Source of the DNA: a virus
Reading direction: 5' to 3' (one strand)
DNA length: 59,268 nt
Virus record (IMG/VR): IMGVR_UViG_3300033407_000013
In this document: piece after piece, positions 1 through 7,686 of the stretch
Layout: every line of letters begins with the position of its first letter
Position numbering within the stretch: position 1 is the first letter of the stretch
The notes under the pieces: generated by a model
Databases searched by the model: none
The model's input: the letters and a program-made list of their open reading frames with translations, nothing else
Told to the model about the DNA's origin: nothing
Made by a program: the position numbers and the translations under genes

Positions 1-9
1 TCCTCGTCG

Positions 10-863
<854 letters not shown>

Positions 864-867
<4 letters not shown>

Positions 868-1328
868 CTTCGATCCTTTCTTCTAGCTTCCGCCTTCGCC
901 TCGTCCTGCAGTCGCTGCACGAGCGCGGCGAGCCGCTGCAGGTAGTCGGTCGCCTCCTTGACATGCCGCTTGTTCGTGCCCTCGATGAACAATCGGTGTC
1001 CCTTGAGCCGCGCGCCGAGCTCGCTGATCGGCGGCTGTAGGCCGAGCACGACGTAGCCCTTCGCGATCGGAGGTTCACCCCCGAAGGCACCGTAACGCTT
1101 CGCGTCTCGCCAATCGAGCACGTACGAGATCCGCCGCAGGAGACGCGCGCCGGTGTAGCGGCCGCGCGTCGCCTCGGCGATGCTCGGCGGCTCCCACTCG
1201 CGGATCTTGAGCCAGTCGCCGACCTGGTAGTCTCGGTCGTTCTTCCGCAAGTCGAACAGCCTCGCGTTGCCCTGGAACGCGGCGAACAACTCGGGCCAGC
1301 ACTTGATGCCGTGCGAGGTCATGACCAT
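864..1328 (-). CDS. ASCH/DUF3850-like domain protein
   Basis: MTSHGIKCWPELFAAFQGNARLFDLRKNDRDYQVGDWLKIREW fits the HELKxWP...ELRKNDRDFxVGD pattern I recall for DUF3850. The ORF-track start at 1364 is TTG, so I prefer the ATG at 1328 or 1322. Confidence 0.55.
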
Positions 1329-1364
1329 CCCAACAAGGGTACCACCGCGACGCCGAAAAGCCAA

Positions 1365-1679
1365 CTACCCCCCGCCCATCCGCCGCTTGAGGTCGGCCAG
1401 GTCTCGCCGCACGTCGGCCAGGCCCGCCCGCTCGACCCCAAGCTGGTGCTGCAGCCTGGCGAGCGCGGTCATGTGCTCGGTCTGCGTGATCGCCATCCTC
1501 CGGACGAGAGTTGCGAGCGCGACCTGCGCAGCCTCGAGCTCCGCGGTCTTCACGTGCAGCTCGACCCGCAGTCCGGTGTTCGCGGTCTGCGCGTTCTCGA
1601 GCTCTCGCCTCGCCTCGGCCAGATCGTCCATGCCCCCATCGTGCAGAGGGCGGGCCCGCCGCCGCAACGACGGCCCCAC
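1365..1679 (-). CDS. Coiled-coil hypothetical protein
   Basis: Heptad-like sequence DDLAEARRELENAQTANTGLRVELHVKTAELEAAQVALATL. The start is either GTG 1679 or ATG 1631. Confidence 0.45.
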   Translation of the reverse strand: MGPSLRRRARPLHDGGMDDLAEARRELENAQTANTGLRVELHVKTAELEAAQVALATLVRRMAITQTEHMTALARLQHQLGVERAGLADVRRDLADLKRRMGGG

Positions 1680-1703
1680 CTGTCGTCGGAACGAGGGGTC
1701 GAG

Positions 1704-2267
1704 CTACGCCGGCAGGGACGTGACCGTGCCGGACTCGCGGTCTCGCAGGATCAGCATCCCGTCCGCCTTCACGATCGAGGGCAGCGAGCCGATGGTATCG
1801 CCGCCGGGGGCGAACGTGTCGCCCGTCGTTGCCGGTAAGGTGCCGATCGTGCCGTCGCTGCCCTCGTCGGTACCGGGCTCCACTTCGTCTTCGCACTTCG
1901 TCTCGCTCATGTCGATCCAGTCGCCGTTGTCGTTCTTCCACTGGACCTCGCTGTCCTTGATTCGGTAGCTCTCGGAGCCGACGGACGCCGTCGAGCTCTC
2001 TGCGCAACCTCCATCGGGGTCGGGCGTGCCGGTCGCAGCGCCGGATGCATCACCCTCGGTGAACGTGACCTCTTGGTCGCCGTGGACCGTTCCACGGACG
2101 TCGACCTCGACCTCGTTCCCGCTGTTGTTCTTCCAGCACGTACCGTCCTCCACGCCGGGGGTCCCGTTCGGGGCGGACGATGCATCGGCTTCGCTCTGCG
2201 CGGCCGCAGCCGCGGTGAGCGTCACCACGAACAGCGCGACGATCGCGCTGGGGAGTAGAGACTTCAT
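1704..2267 (-). CDS. Secreted acidic protein (signal peptide) with an internal WKN(N/D)xG duplication
   Basis: MKSLLPSAIVALFVVTLTAAAAAQSE looks like a Sec signal peptide. The start forms an ATGA overlap with the upstream stop at 2264-2267. Motifs CWKNNSGNEVEV and VQWKNDNGDWIDM repeat. Confidence 0.6.
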   Translation of the reverse strand: MKSLLPSAIVALFVVTLTAAAAAQSEADASSAPNGTPGVEDGTCWKNNSGNEVEVDVRGTVHGDQEVTFTEGDASGAATGTPDPDGGCAESSTASVGSESYRIKDSEVQWKNDNGDWIDMSETKCEDEVEPGTDEGSDGTIGTLPATTGDTFAPGGDTIGSLPSIVKADGMLILRDRESGTVTSLPA

Positions 2268-3010
2268 CGGTTGGGAATCCCTGTCAGGGTTTCGACCGCG
2301 GCATCGAAGGAGGGTCGACCTGCTCGACTGAGCGCGCGCAGCAACTCCCACCTGGAGTCGACGTCGTCGCGCCGGTCGGCATCGTCGCCCTCACCGCGGA
2401 TCTGCTCGGCCACGTCCAGGTCGTAGCGCTCGACGAGCGACCACACCTCCTCGACGTCACCGACGTGCCGGTCGAGGAACGCCCTCGCCGGCTGCAACTC
2501 GGCCCACAGCGGGACAGACTGCTCTCGGTTGCGCCACCGCTCGAGCTCGCGCTCCTGGTGGCCGATCGTGAACGCGCGCAGCGCTTGGTGCTGACGGCAT
2601 AGCCCCCACAGGTAGCGCACATCCTCGTTCCACTCGACGCCGCGGCCCTCGAGCTCGGGCACGCTGGCGACCCACGCCTCGAGGCTCTCGCAGGTCGGTT
2701 CGTACTTCGCTCTTTCCTCCGGCGGGAGCAGCGCCGCAGGTGTGCCCGGTTCGGGCGACCACGCGCCCGGCTCGCTCGGCGCGGCGCACTCGGACAACTC
2801 AACGTCGGCGAGCTCGCGGCGCTGGCCTGCGTCGACGAGCTCGGCCGGCGCGACCTCGAGGTCGGAGGCAGGCGCGGCCTCGGCCGGCGGCCGCTCGAGC
2901 GGCCTCGAGTCGAACAGGATCGGGAAGGCCCCGCCGGCGAACAGGGCGAACCCTCCGCCGAGGATCAAGGCCGCGAGGACGGTCAACACGCCGATCAGCA
3001 CGTTTCGCAT
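2264..3010 (-). CDS. Membrane-anchored hypothetical protein with a Gly/Ala-rich N-terminal TMD
   Basis: MRNVLIGVLTVLAALILGGGFALFAGGAFPILF is followed by a soluble domain of about 210 aa. I chose the ATG at 3010 over the upstream extension in the ORF track. Confidence 0.55.
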   Translation of the reverse strand: MRNVLIGVLTVLAALILGGGFALFAGGAFPILFDSRPLERPPAEAAPASDLEVAPAELVDAGQRRELADVELSECAAPSEPGAWSPEPGTPAALLPPEERAKYEPTCESLEAWVASVPELEGRGVEWNEDVRYLWGLCRQHQALRAFTIGHQERELERWRNREQSVPLWAELQPARAFLDRHVGDVEEVWSLVERYDLDVAEQIRGEGDDADRRDDVDSRWELLRALSRAGRPSFDAAVETLTGIPNR

Positions 3011-3020
3011 ATCAGGAATC

Positions 3021-3899
3021 CTACCCCGGTTCGGCCAGCTTGGGGTTCCCATTCCCGTTTCCGCTGGCCCCGGGCTCCCGGCGGCCCTCATCGGCCCGCT
3101 GGGCGGCCTCGACCCACTCCGCAGGGCCGATCTCAGCCGGAGCCACCAGGACCCCAGCCCGCAGGTCGACCTCGACGTGCTGCGTCTCCCGCCAGCCCAT
3201 CCGGGCCTTCGCCCAGAAAATCGCCGCCGAGGGTACGCGCCGCGCGCCGTTGCGGCCAGTCGCCATGGCGAACAGCGACTCGGCCACCTTCCCGTTCGCC
3301 TGCGACGGCCCCATGCCGAGCTCGAGCTCGAAGTGCTTGCGGAGCGTCGACTCGTCGATCGGCGCGTTAGTCCTCGGATTCACGACCTGCAACGCGATCT
3401 CGTCGTGCCGCAGGCCGAACCCGGCGAGGGTGAGCACGCGGACCCGGTCCTCGGACGTCGGCGTGAAAGCGGGGAACGGAGCCGATTCGCGCGGCTGGCG
3501 CCTCCAATCCGGCACGCTCGGCACGGCTGCCTGCGTGCCGGATTGATTTCCCGCACGCGTGCCCTCCCTAACCGCCGCGGCCTTCGCGAGCTGGGCCTTC
3601 ACGGCTTCCTTCGCTGCGCGCTTGGCGCGGCGCCGCTCGCGCTCACGCTCGCACTTCTCGAGGCGTTTCGCCTCGCGCTGCTCGGGCGTGAGCCGGGGTC
3701 GTCCTCGCTTTTTCGGCACGGCCTGAGCATCGCCCTTCGGGTGGTAGAGCGCAACCCACGTGCAGCTCGAGGAAGCGTCAGGCACGCAGGTGCTCGAACC
3801 TGTCCGCCGGCCCCGCCGTGGTCGATCGAGGAGCGCACGGCTGCCGGACGAACCGAAGGCCGAACCCTCTCCCACGCGCGTCCCGTGCCCGTCGCTCAA
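3021..3899 (-). CDS. HTH DNA-binding protein, possible small terminase subunit (start uncertain)
   Basis: AT-hook KKRGRPR, an HTH-like segment VLTLAGFGLRHDEIALQV...STLRKHF, and AAIFWAKARMGWRE. I recall the last motif from small-terminase-like phage proteins. The 3899 start is TTG and the first ~60 codons look weakly coding. Confidence 0.4.
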   Translation of the reverse strand: MSDGHGTRVGEGSAFGSSGSRALLDRPRRGRRTGSSTCVPDASSSCTWVALYHPKGDAQAVPKKRGRPRLTPEQREAKRLEKCERERERRRAKRAAKEAVKAQLAKAAAVREGTRAGNQSGTQAAVPSVPDWRRQPRESAPFPAFTPTSEDRVRVLTLAGFGLRHDEIALQVVNPRTNAPIDESTLRKHFELELGMGPSQANGKVAESLFAMATGRNGARRVPSAAIFWAKARMGWRETQHVEVDLRAGVLVAPAEIGPAEWVEAAQRADEGRREPGASGNGNGNPKLAEPG

Positions 3900-4006
3900 G
3901 GTGCGGGCTTCACCTCACCAGCGCCCCGGCCCGACCTCGCGTGGCGGCCGGCCGATGGTCGGGGTGCAAGCTGGGTCGGATCCACCCGCGGTAGGACATC
4001 CTAACT

Positions 4007-4020
4007 GTTCCACGTGGAAC
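4007..4020. promoter_or_regulatory. Perfect 14-bp palindrome GTTCCACGTGGAAC in a 305-bp non-coding gap
   Basis: Read directly. It lies in the relatively AT-richer stretch CTAACTGTTCCACGTGGAACACG upstream of the TerS-like gene. Confidence 0.3.
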
Positions 4021-4151
4021 ACGCCAGGAGGCGGCCTGGGAAGCCTGTAGAGCGATTCGTACGCTGGGGCGTGTGGGATGGGGGGGTGCGGCGGCCGGGA
4101 CGCCGGAGGGACGGAAAGAGGCGACCCCCAGGGGTCATCCCCAGGAGGCCG

Positions 4152-4198
4152 CCACAGAAAGCCCGCAGGGGCGCGCAGGGGCGCGCCGGCTGGCGCGC
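4152..4198 (-). terminator. Stem-loop(s) after the small-gene cassette
   Basis: GCGCGCC-GGCT-GGCGCGC (4181-4198) lies immediately after the stop at 4205. On the minus strand a smaller GCCC/GGGC hairpin followed by TTTCTG comes next. Confidence 0.35.
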
Positions 4199-4204
4199 GT
4201 GGCG

Positions 4205-4471
4205 TCAGCCGTAGAACGAGCGCCCCGGCCCGCGGGCGTGCTGGGAGCGGCCGTAGGTGTCGCGGGGCTCGACCACGCGGGTACGCAGGATCGAGACCAG
4301 GCTCTCGCCGGCGGCACGGCGCCGTCGGAGGAACGCCAAGAGGGCCGCGGCGCGCCGGTCGCGCTCGAGCTGGGCCGGATCGGCCGGATCGGATGGCAGA
4401 GGCACGGGGAGCTCGAGGCCCAGCGCCTCGGCGCGGGCGGCGCGCCACTCCTCGAAGCTCGGGCGGGTCAT
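4205..4471 (-). CDS. Small hypothetical protein (88 aa), fifth gene of the coupled cassette
   Basis: Starts MTRPSFEEWRAARAEALGLELP. Its start forms an ATGA overlap with the upstream stop at 4468-4471. Confidence 0.55.
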   Translation of the reverse strand: MTRPSFEEWRAARAEALGLELPVPLPSDPADPAQLERDRRAAALLAFLRRRRAAGESLVSILRTRVVEPRDTYGRSQHARGPGRSFYG

Positions 4472-4848
4472 CTCTGGTCCTTTTGGGCCTCGCGGCCTTC
4501 GGCGGCCGCGACGAGCACGCGCGCCGCCGCGCGCGCCACGTCGGCCAGCGCGCGCTCGAGCTCGGAGAGCTGCGCCGGGAGCACCCCGGCGCGCTGGCGC
4601 TCGCGACGGAGCACGTACTCCGGGGCCACGTCCCCGGGGTCCCAGCCCGTGGCCGCGTGGAGCACGACGGCGACCGCGCGCTCCGCGGGCGCGGACCCTG
4701 CGAGGATCCACTCGCGGGCCTGGCGGACCAGTGCCCACACCGGGTCCCAGGCATCGGCCCGGTACGGCCCCGTCGGGCCCAAGACGACCCGGCCCCCCGC
4801 GAGGACGCGGGTGAGCTGCGGCGGAGGAACAACGCGGCGCGCGCTCAC
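4468..4848 (-). CDS. Small hypothetical protein (126 aa), fourth gene of the cassette
   Basis: GTG start (VSARR...) in a GTGA overlap, preceded by GGAGG within the conserved 20-bp junction 4841-4860. Confidence 0.55.
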   Translation of the reverse strand: MSARRVVPPPQLTRVLAGGRVVLGPTGPYRADAWDPVWALVRQAREWILAGSAPAERAVAVVLHAATGWDPGDVAPEYVLRRERQRAGVLPAQLSELERALADVARAAARVLVAAAEGREAQKDQR

Positions 4849-5087
4849 GGCCGCACCTCCACGATCTCCGCGATGGCGTCCTGCCCGTCGTCTCCGACGG
4901 ACTCCTCCTCCGACTGCCAGATCAGCGCCCGCTCGAGGTCCGGACCGCCAGCGGGGTCGGGGCGGTACGGCTGGAGGCCGTGATTGTAGCTGCCGGGCCA
5001 CAGGCGCTCGGCGGCGGCGGCGCACTCCACGTACATGCCGCTGGCGCGCTCGTCGCCCGTGGGGCCGCGCAGGATCCAGGCGCTCAC
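4845..5087 (-). CDS. Small hypothetical protein (80 aa), third gene of the cassette
   Basis: GTG start (VSAWILRGPTGDE...) in a GTGA overlap. The conserved junction is at 5080-5099. Confidence 0.55.
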   Translation of the reverse strand: MSAWILRGPTGDERASGMYVECAAAAERLWPGSYNHGLQPYRPDPAGGPDLERALIWQSEEESVGDDGQDAIAEIVEVRP

Positions 5088-5272
5088 GACCGCACCTCCG
5101 CGTCCTCGCCCTGGCTGTCCTCCCACTCCGCGACCAGCTCGGCCAGCTCGGCCGCCGAGATGACGTCGAGGTCGTGGCTGTGGCACACGTCCTCGTCGGG
5201 CATGGCCTGGCACTCGTCGCACTCGTCGATGATCCAGGACAGGATCTCGCGCTGCCGCTCTGTGGCGCTCAC
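5084..5272 (-). CDS. Small, highly acidic Cys-containing protein (62 aa), second gene of the cassette
   Basis: VSATERQREILSWIIDECDECQAMPDEDVCHSHDLDV...EWEDSQGEDAEVRS. GTGA overlap. The conserved junction is at 5265-5284. Confidence 0.55.
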   Translation of the reverse strand: MSATERQREILSWIIDECDECQAMPDEDVCHSHDLDVISAAELAELVAEWEDSQGEDAEVRS

Positions 5273-5460
5273 GACTGCACCTCCCGCTCGATGGTCGGCT
5301 CGCCGCCGACGACCTGCGCACACTCACGCGCGCTCGCCTCGGCGGCGGCCTCCGTGGCGTGGGGGCCACTCCAGCGGCCGAGCCCCAGCAGGGACCCGCC
5401 GTGGTAGACGGTCCATGTCGTCTCGGGCGCGCTCAGTGTCGTTCCAGTCGTCTCGGTCAT
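5269..5460 (-). CDS. Small hypothetical protein (63 aa), first gene of the cassette
   Basis: ATG at 5460 is preceded by GGAGA. The product starts MTETTGTTLSAPETTWTVYHGG. Confidence 0.5.
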   Translation of the reverse strand: MTETTGTTLSAPETTWTVYHGGSLLGLGRWSGPHATEAAAEASARECAQVVGGEPTIEREVQS

Positions 5461-5680
5461 CTCTCGTCTCCGTTTCGCGCGCCCTGTCCGCCGGGCGCCT
5501 CGCGTCGCGGGGCTCGTCCCCGCTCAAGAGTGTGATCGGCCAACCCTACCCCGGAACTTGAAGCCTCGGCGCCGCATTCCCAAGGTGGGACACAGGTCGT
5601 AGGGCTGTCCACAGCGCGGGCGGCTGCGCGCCATGAGGCGCGGGAGGAAGGGCCGTGAGGTGAAAGAGACGGGGCCGCCG

Positions 5681-5744
5681 GGTTGCGGTACCCGGCGGCC
5701 CCTGCGCGCAGGAAACTCTCGCCTCGCACGAGAGGATCCCACGG
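5681..5744 (-). terminator. Tandem stem-loops in a 341-bp non-coding gap
   Basis: A perfect 12-bp stem GGGGCCGCCGGG/CCCGGCGGCCCC (5681-5692 / 5701-5712) has an 8-nt loop and is followed on the minus strand by GTCTCTTTC. A second hairpin CTCTCG/CGAGAG (5726-5744) is followed by TTTCC. Confidence 0.5.
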
Positions 5745-5801
5745 GCGGCGGAAGACCGGAAGGAGGGAGTCCGGATTTCTTTCCACCCCCCCATCCGTGG
5801 T

Positions 5802-6071
5802 TCAAGGATCGAGGGCGTCGAGGCACGCCCGGCAGAGCCGGAAACGGTGGAAGCTCGCGCGCTCCCGGCCGAAGAAGGTCGCGCCGTTGCTCAGGCGCTC
5901 CGGATCGCACAACAGCCGCCAGGTCTGCCACGGCGCGATGAAGCGGCCGCCGCTCGATCCGCGCGCCACATGGTAGACCGCCGACCCGCCGCAGCAACCA
6001 AGCGGCTCGCTCGACACCGACAGCGAGGACACCCCCTCGATATCGATCGTCTTCCGGTCCCGGCCCGGCAT
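5802..6071 (-). CDS. Small Cys-rich hypothetical protein (89 aa)
   Basis: MPGRDRKTIDIEG...PLGCCGGSAVY...LCDPERL...FRLCRACLDALDP. The start overlaps the upstream stop (TGATG). Confidence 0.5.
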   Translation of the reverse strand: MPGRDRKTIDIEGVSSLSVSSEPLGCCGGSAVYHVARGSSGGRFIAPWQTWRLLCDPERLSNGATFFGRERASFHRFRLCRACLDALDP

Positions 6072-6805
6072 CAGCGAGCCTCCCCCGCGTAGCGAGCGGG
6101 CCGGAGCTCGTCGCCCTCGACCTGTGGCAGCGCCACGTCGAGCGGCCAACCCCAGCCGACAGCGACAGCGCGCGCCTCGCCGGCCGACAGCGGAACGTTG
6201 ATCCACTGCTCGGCTCCGTCGTCGTAGAGCATCCACGCCTCCTCGTCGACGTCGGTCCGCCGGAGCAGCCGCATGGAATGCACGCCACAGATCGCGCGCG
6301 CGGAGCGATGCGCGATCTCTGGCGCGCACTCATAGGAACACCAACGCCACGGGTCCGGGCTGTTCATCGGGCCGGCACGGTGCGTCGCCTTGCAGGTCTC
6401 GCAGATTCTTCTCACGATTCGCCCCTCTCGTCCTCTTTGATCGCCGAGCGGCGCGTTCGGCCGCCCGGCGCTGCGCGCCACAGCCTCGACGAGAACGAGC
6501 TCGTCTCGCTGAACCTCGTCCTCGAGCGCCTCCATGCGGGCGACGCCGTGCGACACCGTCGAATGATGGTGCCCTCCGACGCCCGCGCCAATCTCCTCGA
6601 GCGTGAGACAAGTCGCCTTGCGAGCGACGTACATCGCAGCGTGCCTCGCTCGGACAATCTTCGCCGAGCGACCGGCGCCGGTAACTGCCTTCACCTCCAC
6701 GCCGAAGACGCGCGCAGCAGCGGCCACAATCGCCTCGATGGTCGGTGGCCTGCCTGCCTCGAGCTCGCGTTCGCGGTCGCGCAGGTAGGCGTTCTTTCCA
6801 ATCAT
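6071..6805 (-). CDS. DnaA domain IV (DnaA C-terminal HTH)-like DNA-binding protein with a C-terminal Cys4 zinc-ribbon-like extension
   Basis: SAKIVRARHAAMYVARKATCLTLEEIGAGVGGHHHSTVSHGVARME matches the Bac_DnaA_C signature (IvxaRqiAMYLxrxlTxxSlxeIGxxFGgrdHsTVxha). Then CETCK...CSYEC follows. Confidence 0.7.
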   Translation of the reverse strand: MIGKNAYLRDRERELEAGRPPTIEAIVAAAARVFGVEVKAVTGAGRSAKIVRARHAAMYVARKATCLTLEEIGAGVGGHHHSTVSHGVARMEALEDEVQRDELVLVEAVARSAGRPNAPLGDQRGREGRIVRRICETCKATHRAGPMNSPDPWRWCSYECAPEIAHRSARAICGVHSMRLLRRTDVDEEAWMLYDDGAEQWINVPLSAGEARAVAVGWGWPLDVALPQVEGDELRPARYAGEAR

Positions 6806-7566
6806 CGGAAGAGCCCTCCAAGGGTTCTCGGTTCTTGCGGGTACTCCCGGACGATCTTCCCGTCGAGCTCGATCCCGAGCTCGGTCCGGTACCCCGCGGA
6901 CTGCTTATGGAAGAACGCCACGCCGGCGTCAGCACACGCGCGGTGCATGTCGCGCGCCCATTGCTTGTCTTCCCGGCGGAAGCCCAGACCGGACTCTCCG
7001 CCGTAGATCACCCACTCGACGCCGGAGAGGTCGATGGCGTGCGCCAGTGGACCGATCGCGGGCTCGTAGCTGACAAAATGAACGACCGCTGGGACAGCGG
7101 TCAGGTGCCGCACGCGATCGGCCACGCGCGCGTCCTCGATCGACGTGCCGAGCCAGACGTTCGGCCAGCCATCGCCCCAATCGTTAGGGAGCTCGTCGGC
7201 GTATCGCTCTGGGCGCTTCGTGAGGAGCTGCCAGTCGAGGTTCGGCGTCGCGCGGATGACGCCCCAAACGTCGGCGCGCCACTCGTTCGGTTCCGGCTGG
7301 TCCTCTAAGACGTCGCAGAGCGACGCACAGAAAACGCGGAGCGATCGACCGAGCTTGGCGGCCTCGCGGTTCCAGCGGGCCGGCTTGCGCCAGTAAGCCG
7401 CGGACGTGCGCTTGCGGGGGTTGTGGTCACCCCACACGTCCAGGCGCATCCGGACTCCGGTGAGGGTCTCGGCGTAACAGTTGGTGCAGCCGGCCGACAC
7501 CTTCGTACACCCCATCCAGGGATTCCATGTGTTGTCGGTCCAGGCGATGATCGACTCTTCGGCCAT
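6802..7566 (-). CDS. Phage Gp37/Gp68 family protein (DUF5131)
   Basis: IAWTDNTWNPWMGCTKVSAGCTNCYAE...WQLLTKRPER...VSYEPAIGPL...WVIYGGESG. This is the typical DUF5131 N-terminal Cys motif and core. AGGAGA lies upstream of the ATG. Confidence 0.8.
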   Translation of the reverse strand: MAEESIIAWTDNTWNPWMGCTKVSAGCTNCYAETLTGVRMRLDVWGDHNPRKRTSAAYWRKPARWNREAAKLGRSLRVFCASLCDVLEDQPEPNEWRADVWGVIRATPNLDWQLLTKRPERYADELPNDWGDGWPNVWLGTSIEDARVADRVRHLTAVPAVVHFVSYEPAIGPLAHAIDLSGVEWVIYGGESGLGFRREDKQWARDMHRACADAGVAFFHKQSAGYRTELGIELDGKIVREYPQEPRTLGGLFR

Positions 7567-7651
7567 GCTCGTCTCCTACTGCCAGATGCCGGCTGCCTCG
7601 TTCTCGGGGAGCGACCCCGTCTGTCTCGTCAGCGCGGGAGCGACCCGCGGA

Positions 7652-7671
7652 CGCGCGGCCGAAGCCGCGCG
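7652..7671 (-). terminator. 8-bp GC stem with a UUCG tetraloop (minus sense), 15 nt after the DUF932 stop
   Basis: Plus strand CGCGCGGC-CGAA-GCCGCGCG. The minus-strand loop reads TTCG and is not followed by a T-tract. Confidence 0.35.
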
Positions 7672-7686
7672 TTTCGACAGCCCGAT

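Noticed and set aside
3991-4003. The shared 10-mer TAGGATGTCC (minus sense) at 3994-4003 and 22399-22408, and TAGGAT upstream of the XRE start (32224-32229), considered as a -10 element.
   Set aside because: At two of the three sites it sits 7-9 nt before a start codon, so it is better explained as an AGGA Shine-Dalgarno. At 3994-4003 it is followed only by a doubtful 29-codon Arg/Gly-rich ORF.
4162-4184. The recurrent CGCAGGGG motif in several intergenic regions (4162-4184, 15905-15913, 15977-16010 on the minus strand, 14294-14304, 5711-5720 on the minus strand).
   Set aside because: A GC-rich 7-8-mer is expected many times by chance in a high-GC 59-kb genome. The orientation and spacing are inconsistent. 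I keep it only as context for the individual gaps.
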